This document shows positions 1-9,001 of a stretch of DNA of 64,000 nt, piece by piece. The position numbers and the translations under genes were made by a program. The DNA lies in the IMG/VR virus record IMGVR_UViG_3300021403_000004, positions 42,871 to 106,870 of that record, one strand, 5' to 3'. The DNA is from a virus (Duplodnaviria; Caudoviricetes). The number at the start of each line of letters is the position of its first letter. The stretch's first letter is position 1. The notes below the pieces were generated by a model. The model was not told the DNA's origin and made no database searches. It worked only from the letters and a program-made list of their open reading frames with translations.

Positions 1-182
1 CGAACTCGTGCAGCCATTGAAGACCAGCCAGCGTATTCGTGCAGCCATCCCCGCCCGAGCCAGCCATGGGCCGTGTGAACATGCAGCCACGCAACCAAAG
101 AACAACAACCAGCCATTGACCATGTGACGGCTCTTAATAATCCACGCATGAGCAGCCAGCCCATCATCTGGTGAAGCAAGGA

Positions 183-232
183 AAAAGCCCCGTACCGGGA
201 AACCGGTGCGGGGCTTTTCTTTTGCCTTTTTT
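183..232. terminator. Rho-independent terminator, probably bidirectional
   Basis: Stem AAAAGCCCCGTACCGG-GAAA-CCGGTGCGGGGCTTTT with flanking A and T tracts, just downstream of the - strand peptidase gene. Confidence 0.85.
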
Positions 233-251
233 CACGCTGCCCCTGGACGCG

Positions 252-1238
252 TCATGCCAGGCCCTTCACCACGGCCCAGTCGCGCAGCGCCTGCGCCGCG
301 TGCTTGTTTCCTGCCGTGTGCATGAGCGTGGTCCACGCGCTGGTCTTGGCCCACAGCTCCTGGTCGTGCACGTCATGGAGCGCCGGGGCGGGCGGCACGG
401 GGACTGGCGGCGCTGGAACGGGAGCTGGTGGCACCGGGACGGGAAACGGTCGGCCGGTGAGCGCAGTGTAGTCCGCGGCAAACTGGGGCAGGCTGACGCC
501 GTCCAGGAATTCCCGGCTGTTGAGGTGCTCAGGCCAGATGACGGCCCAGCACTCCTGCACCTGCCGGCTCCAGAACGCGTCCGTGAAGCTCGTCTCCTGG
601 GCCCACGTGATGAACGCCTCGTCGCCGCCGAGCTGCCCGGTGCCACCGGAACCATAGCCGCCGACCAGCACGGAGTGGCCGCCCTCGTCCGGTGAGCCGG
701 GCACGTAGTCCCAGGGCTGGCCGACGCTGAACTGGTCCTGGTTGGCGGACTGGACCACGATGCCCGTCCACACCGCGCCGAAGATGGCAATGGCGGCCTT
801 GACCTCATCCGGGTTGGTGTAGTCGACGGCAGCGAAGCCGAGCGCCTTCACGCCGTCCGGGCCGCCGTTGGCCACCAGGTCCTCCAGCGCCGTCTGGATG
901 TCCATGCCGTTGTCCTGCTGGGGGAAGCCCGGGTTCTGCGTGGCGTAGAACGCCCCTACCTGCGGCAATGTCGGGTAGTACTCCGTGCTGAGCACGGCCG
1001 TGACCAGGCGCCGGAAATCCGCCCATGTTACCGCGACGCAATCGCCCGCACCTTCGGCCGGGAACCCTGCCGCGACGTTGGCGGGATCAGGCCCGTTGCC
1101 GAGCATCTGCCAGCCCTGCAGCCGCGCCAGGTAATCGGCTGCAGGCGGGTGCGCGGGGACCACGCCCGTCAGTGACCGGCTCAGCCGGACGCGCGGGCGC
1201 CGGGGGTCATTCGGGCGGCGGCCGAATTTGAGGGTCAT
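252..1238 (-). CDS. Papain-like (C1-type) cysteine peptidase, possible lysis protein
   Basis: GDCV, GGHSVLVGGY and ITW motifs; Pro-rich linker before a short C-terminal domain. Confidence 0.7.
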   Translation of the reverse strand: MTLKFGRRPNDPRRPRVRLSRSLTGVVPAHPPAADYLARLQGWQMLGNGPDPANVAAGFPAEGAGDCVAVTWADFRRLVTAVLSTEYYPTLPQVGAFYATQNPGFPQQDNGMDIQTALEDLVANGGPDGVKALGFAAVDYTNPDEVKAAIAIFGAVWTGIVVQSANQDQFSVGQPWDYVPGSPDEGGHSVLVGGYGSGGTGQLGGDEAFITWAQETSFTDAFWSRQVQECWAVIWPEHLNSREFLDGVSLPQFAADYTALTGRPFPVPVPPAPVPAPPVPVPPAPALHDVHDQELWAKTSAWTTLMHTAGNKHAAQALRDWAVVKGLA

Positions 1239-1311
1239 GCATGCTCCCAGGTCCGTGGCTGGCCGGCTGATCGTCCCAGGCGGCGTATTTCACGGTATCG
1301 CATGGTGAGCG

Positions 1312-1818
1312 TCACGTGCAGGGGTGATGGCCGTGCCGGGCAAACCACTTGTTCGCCTTGAGGAACCGGCCTTCTCGCCAGAAGCCCCATGCCCGGGACT
1401 TCGGGCCAGTGAGCATCAGCGTCCAGGCCCCGTGCTCGCCCGGGATGACCGTGTGCTGGTGCAGGGCCGGGCGCACCCGGGCTGAGCCTGCCATCAGCAC
1501 GTCATCGCCTGCCGGGCTGCGATCGGTGTAGCAACCGCGCAGCATGACCGTGGCGAACCACCACGGGTGATCATGGAAGGCCCGGTCATCATCCGGCTTC
1601 AGCCAGTGGTGCAGGCGCACCGAGCCAAGCCTTGCCTCCAGCTTCCACCGGATGACGTACGGGCATTGCGGCAGCCCGAGCTTCTCGGCCCAGGTCATCG
1701 TCAGCACCGGGGAATGGTTTCGGGCCACTGACCTCTGCGTAATCTGCGCAGCGCTCTTCCTCTGAGCTACCCCGGTCCGGCGGAAGCCCCCGGACTTCGT
1801 TGGCTCCCACTCGGTCAT
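1312..1818 (-). CDS. Cupin-fold phage protein
   Basis: LHHW..PDDDRAFHDHPWWF...LRGxY motif; ATG lies 7 nt after TGATACTGT (leaderless -10). Confidence 0.7.
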   Translation of the reverse strand: MTEWEPTKSGGFRRTGVAQRKSAAQITQRSVARNHSPVLTMTWAEKLGLPQCPYVIRWKLEARLGSVRLHHWLKPDDDRAFHDHPWWFATVMLRGCYTDRSPAGDDVLMAGSARVRPALHQHTVIPGEHGAWTLMLTGPKSRAWGFWREGRFLKANKWFARHGHHPCT

Positions 1819-1949
1819 GTCTCTTACAGTATCATACATTCACGCCTGCACGTATCACGCAGGACCATTGTGGCTGGCAAGCCAATGATGGCGGCAGGTT
1901 CCTGACATGTCTCTTGTGGCTGGTAATCCGATACTGGCTGCAGGGTTAG

Positions 1950-2072
1950 TCAGGCAGTCCCGGTGCCCTTGCAGTCCTTGCAGGGCACGAAGGTTGATGC
2001 CCCAGGCTCCAGTCCTGAGCCCCCACAGGTGGGGCAGTCTTTCCTGGTTACCCGGATCATGGTGAGGTTCAT
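1950..2072 (-). CDS. 40-aa DnaJ-type zinc-finger miniprotein
   Basis: Own translation MNLTMIRVTRKDCPTCGGSGLEPGASTFVPCKDCKGTGTA has two CxxCxGxG motifs; upstream TGATACTGTAAGA promoter motif. Confidence 0.6.
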   Translation of the reverse strand: MNLTMIRVTRKDCPTCGGSGLEPGASTFVPCKDCKGTGTA

Positions 2073-2090
2073 GACATGTATCTTACAGTA

Positions 2091-3172
2091 TCACAGCTGC
2101 TCTAGCCACCCGAGCAGCTTCCGGGCGTGGCTGGCGAACGTCCGGTCCGCGATGGCCACCTGCGCCTTCCGGGCCGCCTCCTCGCGCTCAGCCTCGTGCC
2201 TGCACCACCAGCGCAGCTGCTCTGCGGCGTCTTCCGGCGTCGCGAACGAGGGCAGCATCCCGAGGACCTCATCGCTTTCCGGCCGCGGGTCCCTGAGGAA
2301 AAACAACCGGGACGCTGCCATCTCCACCTCGCGCGGGCCCATTGCCCAGCCCTCGCCCGCGTGCTCTTCCTCTGATTCCCGGCGGTACAAGTTGATGCCG
2401 CACGCGGCGTGCCGGTACAGCTCAGCCGTCTCGGCATTGTCCACGCAGGCTGCGTCCTGGGACAGGTACGCGCGCAGGGGCGAGCCCTCGCCCGTTTCCT
2501 CTTTCCAGTACGAGCCGCCCAGCAGGAAGTCCAGGCCCGCGAAGCCAGGCTGGGTGACCATTGCCTCAAAGAACCGCACCCGCGATTCAAAGGCCGTGCC
2601 GATGAAGGTGAGGTCCGCGGCCAGCTCCGGGTTGACTGGCCCCGTGCGCGGGTGGTGCACGTCCGGCCGGTACGCGTGCGGGATGTAGTACGCCGGGCCA
2701 AGTTCCTGGTACCGGGCAAGGTTCACGGGGTCGTTGATGAGGTTGATGTCACCGAACGGCGCCCGGGTCAGTTGCTCCGTGTCCTGGTACGGCGATTCCG
2801 TGTGCAGAAGCACTATCTTGTGCCCTCGTGCACGGAGAAGCGCAAACGTCCCAGCTTCAACAAAAAAGGCGCTCACGAACACGATCACCTGGGGCCAGAA
2901 GGAGTAGGTGGCATGCGTGATGCCTTGCATGGACGCGCGGATCGCTTCCAGCTGGTTCATCGCCTGCCGGACGATAGGATGCCCGGTCTCGTCCTTCTCT
3001 TCCGTGTCAATAAGGGCGCGCGAGTAGAAGTAAAGGCGGCCCTTTAAATCATTGGTGTTGTATAGCGCGACCTCGCAACCCTGCTCCCGCAGGCCGTCGG
3101 CCCATCCCCGGTATACGTCCGCAACACTGAAATCAGGGCCGTTAAACCAGGGTGTACTATCAGCACCCTCAT
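2091..3172 (-). CDS. CgeB-like (GT-B) glycosyltransferase whose 5' end is interrupted by an 8-nt insert (candidate translational bypass)
   Basis: AGGAGG RBS and ATG at 3172 give MRVLIVHPG; skipping 3138-3145 continues PDFSVADVYRGW... in frame with ORF 2091-2960 (ADLTFIGT, GINLYR, GPREVEMAA motifs). Confidence 0.75.
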
Positions 3173-3188
3173 GTTGGCATCACCTCCT

Positions 3189-3728
3189 TCACAGCGATTT
3201 CCGCTGTTTACGCTGCAGGTACATCTTTCGGTAATGATCCTTGCGGGCACCACTTGCATTCCTGGCGTTATCCCGCGCCTGAGCGCATGCCCGGCATTCC
3301 CTCTTGCCATTTTTGCGCAGGATGGTATTAGCTTCCGTGAATTCATGCCCTTGCGGGCACTTGTTCTCGCGAACCAGGATAGCAGTCGGGTGCATCCCGC
3401 GGAGCATGTTGACTGACCGGGTCACCGGGTCGCCGTGCCAAGGGTTCACGCAGGCCCGGTTACGGCACAGGTGATCAGGTTCCAGCTCAGGATCGAACTC
3501 GCCACGGTACAGCCGCCAGGCAATCCGGTGCGCTGTCGTTGGCCGCCACTTCCCGTCTCCGCACTTAACATTGAACAGAGCGTAACCTGTCTTCTGGAAG
3601 TGCGCGCCTGACCAGGCCCAGCAAGGTCCCGGGCACAAATCCTCATCCGGTGATGGTGGCCCTGGCAGCAGCTTGGCCTCGAACCGCTTGTGCATATCCC
3701 AGGTAACCGGGATTTGAACTCGTTTCAC
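3189..3728 (-). CDS. HNH homing endonuclease
   Basis: CWAWSG...AHRIAW...DHLCRNRACVNPWH and C-terminal CPQGHEF..N...RECRAC. Confidence 0.9.
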   Translation of the reverse strand: MKRVQIPVTWDMHKRFEAKLLPGPPSPDEDLCPGPCWAWSGAHFQKTGYALFNVKCGDGKWRPTTAHRIAWRLYRGEFDPELEPDHLCRNRACVNPWHGDPVTRSVNMLRGMHPTAILVRENKCPQGHEFTEANTILRKNGKRECRACAQARDNARNASGARKDHYRKMYLQRKQRKSL

Positions 3729-3833
3729 ACACGGAGATTACCTAGTCCTGGGTGTAAAAAACAAGACTTGGCACCCCGGTTAAGCACCTGTACCCATACA
3801 GGAACGCGCCCGCGTCTTTGCGCAGGTCGTCGC

Positions 3834-4358
3834 TCACGAAGCGGGCAGCCCGAGGGCCGGAGCGACGATCGTGCGGTACCACTGGGTCGCCTGCGCGCCC
3901 CCGCGGGCGAGGTCCGTCAGGCCCTCATAGCCCTCATGCACCTCGCCGGTGAACTCGTTCTCCCAGGCCCAGCGGGCGCCCTGGCCGTCCAGCCACTGGC
4001 CCAGCTCCGCGACCAGGCGGGCGTGCAGGTCACCGCAGCCATTGCCGTCGGAGTCCCGGTAGCCGTACGGCGTGTCGAAGGAGGCCTCCAGCCAGTGCGG
4101 GAAGCAGCGCCGGTGGCGCGCGTCCTCGTCATCAGGCTCGCAGTACCGGTGGTGGCCGCCCTCGGCAACCAGTGGCGCGTCCGTGCCATAGTGAACGTCC
4201 AGCAGCGCGAGCAGCCCCTGGCCGGGCTTGTTCCCGATGTAACCGCCCTCATCGGTGAACTTGATGCCCTCGTGAGCGCCGATGAGCCGGTTGCACGCTA
4301 CCCACACGGCCCGGTAGTCCACCTTGCTGATCACGTACACGCGTGTGTCCAGGGTCAT
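3834..4358 (-). CDS. Hypothetical phage protein
   Basis: 174-aa ORF with high-GC codon pattern; start overlaps upstream stop. Confidence 0.7.
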   Translation of the reverse strand: MTLDTRVYVISKVDYRAVWVACNRLIGAHEGIKFTDEGGYIGNKPGQGLLALLDVHYGTDAPLVAEGGHHRYCEPDDEDARHRRCFPHWLEASFDTPYGYRDSDGNGCGDLHARLVAELGQWLDGQGARWAWENEFTGEVHEGYEGLTDLARGGAQATQWYRTIVAPALGLPAS

Positions 4359-4627
4359 TGCACGTTCTCCTCAAACCAGGCGGCCATCTCACGGGCGCGC
4401 TCGTGAACGGCGTCCAGCTCCTGCTGCGTCCAGGCAGGCAGCTCCAGGCGCGTCACGGTGCCCGCGTCGGTGTCCAGCACCAGGACGTCACCCGGCATCA
4501 CGTCGTGCAAGCCCCACCGGGCCAGCTCCACCTCTGCCACCATGCTCACGCTGCCCTCCCGGCGCAGGTCAACAGTGGCCTCATCGCCAGTGACCTCGAT
4601 CACGATGCCGTGCCAGGGCTGGCTCAC
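4355..4627 (-). CDS. Hypothetical protein
   Basis: 90 aa, 4-nt overlaps on both sides. Confidence 0.65.
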   Translation of the reverse strand: MSQPWHGIVIEVTGDEATVDLRREGSVSMVAEVELARWGLHDVMPGDVLVLDTDAGTVTRLELPAWTQQELDAVHERAREMAAWFEENVQ

Positions 4628-5007
4628 GATGCCTCTTCCTCCAGCCAGCGCTCCACCCGCTCGCTCAAGATGGCGTAGCGCACGGCCATGTCCTGCCGTT
4701 CCAGTGCCGCCGCGCGGGTCTCCGGCGCCCGCGGCACGTACACCGGGACGGACGCGAACTGGCTGGCGGTGGCGTCGAGCAGCATGCCGCCGGGCAGCCG
4801 GTTCACCGTGTGCCGCATGTCCATGCCGGCGTCAACGACAAGGAACCGCACGAGGTCGCCGCCGGCATAGTCCTGGATCACCAGGGCCGATACCGTGCAC
4901 TGCCCGCACGCAGGGTTCCCGGGCGTCCACCGGTCCGGGAAGGCGCTGGTCTCCCGTATCCAGGATTGCCGCAGCGCCGCCAGGACGTCATCAAGCACGG
5001 GATTCAT
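4624..5007 (-). CDS. YunG-like protein
   Basis: W.PGNPACGQCTVSALVIQDYAGG motif; TATGCT 6 nt before ATG. Confidence 0.65.
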   Translation of the reverse strand: MNPVLDDVLAALRQSWIRETSAFPDRWTPGNPACGQCTVSALVIQDYAGGDLVRFLVVDAGMDMRHTVNRLPGGMLLDATASQFASVPVYVPRAPETRAAALERQDMAVRYAILSERVERWLEEEAS

Positions 5008-5049
5008 GACGTTAGCATACTGCGTCAGACTGCGCCGCGCTGTGCCGGG

Positions 5050-5475
5050 CTACAGCGCCCCTGCCTGGATCGACAGGCGGGCCCCGAAATAGGTGACCCC
5101 GGCATAGTCCACCCGCCCGTAGCTGTCAGCGGCCAGCGGCACGGCGAAGTGCACGGCGCCGCCCAGCGTCGGGTCCTCCTGGATGGCGCCGGCGATGCTG
5201 GCCGGGACGCTGTCATCCACGCCGATGCCCAGGTAGGCATCCAGCGCGCGCTGCACCTTCTCCACCGGCGCCCCGTCGCTGAGCAGCAGCAGCACCCGCA
5301 GGTTCACGGTGAAGGCGCCGTCCACGGTGGCGCCGTAGGTCACCACGGGCTGGCCGGGCAGCACCACGGCCACCGGCGGGCTGACCTGGTCACGGGCTTC
5401 CGGCAGGGCGCGCAGTCCCGTGCCCGTGGTAATCCGGGCGGCCAGGGCGGTGCGGATAGCGGCAAGGTCAGTCAC
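5050..5475 (-). CDS. Tail-terminator-like / neck protein
   Basis: DLAAIRTALA...PP.AVV.P...Q.ALDAYL...SIAGAIQEDPTLGG pattern typical of actinophage neck proteins. Confidence 0.6.
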   Translation of the reverse strand: MTDLAAIRTALAARITTGTGLRALPEARDQVSPPVAVVLPGQPVVTYGATVDGAFTVNLRVLLLLSDGAPVEKVQRALDAYLGIGVDDSVPASIAGAIQEDPTLGGAVHFAVPLAADSYGRVDYAGVTYFGARLSIQAGAL

Positions 5476-6070
5476 AGTCAGCGCTCCCGGGATCACGGCG
5501 CGATGCTGGCTCCTGCCCGGGCTCGTGCCCTGGGGAGAACGCGCCCGCTCCTGGCGTCATCGCGGTAACATGACGGTGAATTTCCGTCAGCAGCGCGCTG
5601 GCTGCCTCGATCCGCGCCGTCATCTCATTATTGACGGTCAGGAGCGCGTCCAGCTTTCCCGTCTCGCTGTAATGCGCGAGCGCCTGCTCTGCTGAGACCC
5701 GGTCAGCCCGCTTGGCCGCGATCAGGATCAGCGCTCCCTGCAAGCCGGCCATCATCGACAAGCACAAGTTCAGCAGGATGTACGGGTACTTATCGAACCC
5801 GTGCCCGCGCAGGAACAGTGAATTGAACGCCATCCAGGCGCCCATGAAGGCCAGGAAGCTGCCAACGAACGCCCACGACCCGAAGGCGTTTCGCATCACG
5901 TCCGCAGCGCGCTCGCCAAAAGTCAGTTCCTGCCCGGTCCGGACGTGCGGATGGCGCTTCCACAGCTCGCGCCCTGACTTCAGCCCGCGCACCAGCTGGT
6001 AATGGCGCTCAGGCAGCTCCACGCGGCCATCCTTGATTCCTGGCAGCCACGTGCGACGACCCGTTACCAT
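5468..6070 (-). CDS. DUF1003 membrane protein
   Basis: TFGERAAD...GSW.F...FDKYPYILLNL.LS...LQ..LIL motif. Confidence 0.85.
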   Translation of the reverse strand: MVTGRRTWLPGIKDGRVELPERHYQLVRGLKSGRELWKRHPHVRTGQELTFGERAADVMRNAFGSWAFVGSFLAFMGAWMAFNSLFLRGHGFDKYPYILLNLCLSMMAGLQGALILIAAKRADRVSAEQALAHYSETGKLDALLTVNNEMTARIEAASALLTEIHRHVTAMTPGAGAFSPGHEPGQEPASRRDPGSADCD

Positions 6071-6098
6071 GAGCTTTACCGTACGCTACAGCAGTCAT

Positions 6099-6257
6099 TC
6101 ACGCCGCCTTCATGATCATCGCGTAGATCACGGTCGACACCAGCTCCATGGACTGCTCCGTGGTGAAGCCTGCCATCACCCAGGCCAGGTACATCTCGTG
6201 CTGGGCCACGGCGGACGCCTGCAGCATCGTCAGCGGGTCAGGAACGTCGTCAGCCAC
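6099..6257 (-). CDS. Small hypothetical actinophage protein
   Basis: MADDVPDPLTMLQASAVAQHEMYLAWVMAGFTTEQSMELV...; TATAGT 7 nt upstream of GTG. Confidence 0.6.
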   Translation of the reverse strand: MADDVPDPLTMLQASAVAQHEMYLAWVMAGFTTEQSMELVSTVIYAMIMKAA

Positions 6258-6468
6258 GAGCTGATACTATACTGCGAGAGACGACTGGCCTGCGCCCGCC
6301 TTCCCGGCTCTCTTCGCTGAAGGCCAGTCGTCTCCTTTGCAGCCATTGATCCAAGGCCAGCCAACACGATCGTGCCGCCAGGGACATGTCGCAGTTCTCT
6401 TGCCTCTGCGCGCAGGCGAAGCCAGCCATGCCTGTTCAGCCGTTGACCCAGGGCCAGCCATTGTGGCA

Positions 6469-7116
6469 CTAGGCCGCCCACTCCAGTGCCCACGCCTCAT
6501 CCGGCACCCCGGTCCAGGGCATCACGCGCCCCCAGCTGACCATCCCCCGCGGGTGGGACAGCACGGCATGGCGCGCGTGCGGCAGGCTGACGCCGACGAC
6601 GAGGCCAGGCACGATCATGGCCTCGTCAGCGCGCCTGGCCGACACCAGGCGCACATCTGCCCTAGGTGACCAAGCCAGCAGCACGTCCAGCACGTCAGCG
6701 ATGCCGGCGCCGTCCTCGCCCCCGGCCATCGCGTGCAGCCGCGCGACCTCCTGCGCAGTCAGCGCCAGGCCCGTGACGGCCAGCAGGTGGTTGGCCACTG
6801 CCGTGGCCGCGCACGTGGGCGCCTCGTCATTGCAGCCCAGCAGCCACCAGCCGGGCAGGACCGCAGGCTGGACGGGAGCGACGGCCGCGGCCTTCTGCAC
6901 CGGGACCTTGCCCTGGCGCTTGGCCGCCTGCGCTGCCCGGCCCGCCGCGGCCCACTTCAGCGCCGCCTGCTTCTGGGCAGCGGACGGCTTCTTGCCCCGG
7001 GCCCGGGCGGTAGCCTGCGCCTTACGGCCGGCAGCGGCGAACTTCTTCCCGGCGGCCACTTGCGCAGGCGTGCGGCCGGCATGCGCGGCAAGCGGGGCCT
7101 TCGGGGCCTTGGCCAT
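6469..7116 (-). CDS. Lys/Ala-rich N-terminus fused to a papain/C39-like domain
   Basis: Basic KKFAAAGRKAQA repeats, then TCAATAVANH, HAV and SWG motifs. Confidence 0.55.
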   Translation of the reverse strand: MAKAPKAPLAAHAGRTPAQVAAGKKFAAAGRKAQATARARGKKPSAAQKQAALKWAAAGRAAQAAKRQGKVPVQKAAAVAPVQPAVLPGWWLLGCNDEAPTCAATAVANHLLAVTGLALTAQEVARLHAMAGGEDGAGIADVLDVLLAWSPRADVRLVSARRADEAMIVPGLVVGVSLPHARHAVLSHPRGMVSWGRVMPWTGVPDEAWALEWAA

Positions 7117-7130
7117 CGTGACCTCCTGGG

Positions 7131-7391
7131 CTAAACGGTATCCCTGGCAGCGTGCGCATAGAAGTACCCGCACCAGAAATGCGCGAATGCCCGGTCTTCG
7201 TCGCCCAGTTCACTGTGGTAGATGACAGCCTGCGCTTCGGCAATCCCGTCCTTGTTGACCGTGACGCTGCCGTCGCCTCCCCGCAAGACCAGCGGGACGC
7301 GCATGACCTCGCGCTCAGTGCCCTCCTCGAACACGATCACGTCGTCGCCCGCGTGCTGGGCAAGGTAGCGCCCGCTTGGCAGCCGTGCCAT
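7131..7391 (-). CDS. Hypothetical protein
   Basis: AGGAGG RBS before MARLPSGRY... Confidence 0.65.
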   Translation of the reverse strand: MARLPSGRYLAQHAGDDVIVFEEGTEREVMRVPLVLRGGDGSVTVNKDGIAEAQAVIYHSELGDEDRAFAHFWCGYFYAHAARDTV

Positions 7392-7473
7392 GTGCCCTCC
7401 TTCTTGCTGTATGCTGCAGTATAACGGCCGCAGGTAGCCAGTCAAAGAAACAGCAGCCCAGGGACGCGAGTCA

Positions 7474-7586
7474 GCCAAGGACCAGCAGCCCGAGATCGCT
7501 TGCGCGCCAAGGACCAGCAGCCCGAGATCGCTTGCCCGCCAAGGACCAGCAGCCCGAGATCGCTTGCCCGCCAAGGACCAGCAGCC
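7474..7586. repeat. 32-bp tandem repeat (3 full copies + 1 partial)
   Basis: GCCAAGGACCAGCAGCCCGAGATCGCTTGCSC starting at 7474, 7506, 7538, 7570. Confidence 0.9.
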
Positions 7587-7965
7587 GAACCAGATGAGCC
7601 AGCCAGAAGACGGCAGCCACCGCCGGTCAGCCAGCCGAAGACTCCCTGACCGTCATGGCTCACCGGCCGCGGGGGCAGCCCGACTTCACGTTGTCCACCG
7701 GCACGAGGGCCGGGCAGTTCTGCGTCGTCAGCACGCCCCGCGTTAGCCCGGTCCTTACCTTGATGACCATCACGCCTCACTCTTCCCCGTTCCGTAAAAC
7801 GACCAGCCATGAGACACGTGCCAGCCTCAGCGGCCCTGCAGCCAAGCGACTACAGCCAGCCACCCCATGCGTGCCGCCCTATCCGCTCAGCCAGCCAGCG
7901 TAGATGTGCCTTATGCCTCCCCTTCCTGCTGCCACAGATCGACAGCCAGCCAGCGTAGGCGTGCC

Positions 7966-8904
7966 TCATACTCCCACCGAGCGCTTCGTGTTCTTGAAGG
8001 GCCGCAGCAGCTCTATCAGCCAGGGGTTGGCCTGGATGCGCGTGACGCCGTAATCGGAGACCCCCGCCACGCCGAAGGGCGCGTCCTTTGACTTGAACAA
8101 GTCCGCGGCCAGGATGAAGGACGCTTGCGTCACCGAGGCCGGGACCTGGCTCCAGCCCCAGGTCCCGGCGATCTGCACCCGGTCCAGGTGCGCGAACGGG
8201 TAGATGAAGGGGAACAGCTTCCCAGACTGCACGGTGTAGGCCTGCCGGTACGGCCGCAAGATGCCCGTCGCGTTCAGGTTATAGCTGTCAGGCCCGATCC
8301 GGAGCTGGTAATCAGTGCCCTGCACCCAGGCCTCCTCGAAAGTGCCGTCACCATCGCGGTCCACGTTGAGCGCGGTCAGCGAGACCAGCGGGTCGATGTT
8401 GACCTTCACCAGCTCATGCGGCACGAAGGTGCGCACTTCGGTGATCCGGGTGAAGTGCTGGCCGCACCACTGGTTCACCCAGTCGCACACGGTCTGGATG
8501 GCGATCTGGGCCTGCGAGTCGTCGTCGCTGTCGGTGATGCCCAGCCGGTCCTTGAACTCCTCCAGGCCGATGTACCAGGTGCCGACCGCCGTCGGCAGCA
8601 CCCGCCAGGTGCCCGGCTGGATGTCCGATACCGCCCCGGTGCCGATCCAGACGAACGACCACAGGCCGTCAATGCCCGTGATGGCCGGCGAGCACGGCAC
8701 GGGCAGCGTGTAGCTCCCGGCGGAATTGCGGACGACGTCCGCGGGAGCCGAGCCGTTGTAGGTGTGCGTGACGGACGTGCCAGACGGGTCAGTCACCACG
8801 CAGCTGACCGTGGTCGGGTCTGCCGCGACCTGGGAGCTGTTCAGGAAGACGTTGCCCAGCTCGGCTATCTCCGATGGTGACTCGTAGAAGACCGTTGCGG
8901 TCAT
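7966..8904 (-). CDS. Head-tail adaptor (gp6-like) with an N-terminal Ig/BppU-like domain
   Basis: ADPTTV..VTDPSG N-domain; Y..LEEFKDRLGI.DS.DD...VQIAGTWGW..VP..V.QA..ILAADLFK.KDAPFGVAG. Confidence 0.8.
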   Translation of the reverse strand: MTATVFYESPSEIAELGNVFLNSSQVAADPTTVSCVVTDPSGTSVTHTYNGSAPADVVRNSAGSYTLPVPCSPAITGIDGLWSFVWIGTGAVSDIQPGTWRVLPTAVGTWYIGLEEFKDRLGITDSDDDSQAQIAIQTVCDWVNQWCGQHFTRITEVRTFVPHELVKVNIDPLVSLTALNVDRDGDGTFEEAWVQGTDYQLRIGPDSYNLNATGILRPYRQAYTVQSGKLFPFIYPFAHLDRVQIAGTWGWSQVPASVTQASFILAADLFKSKDAPFGVAGVSDYGVTRIQANPWLIELLRPFKNTKRSVGV

Positions 8905-9001
8905 GCGCGCTGCCCTGGCTGAGGGTGACCCGCGCTACCAGCCGCCGGGTGCTGGTCCTGCATCCTCTTGCCTGCCAGGATACGCCTCGCCATCACGCCG
9001 G

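Noticed and set aside
7474-7586. Possible mini-CRISPR
   Set aside because: Head-to-tail tandem repeat without spacers
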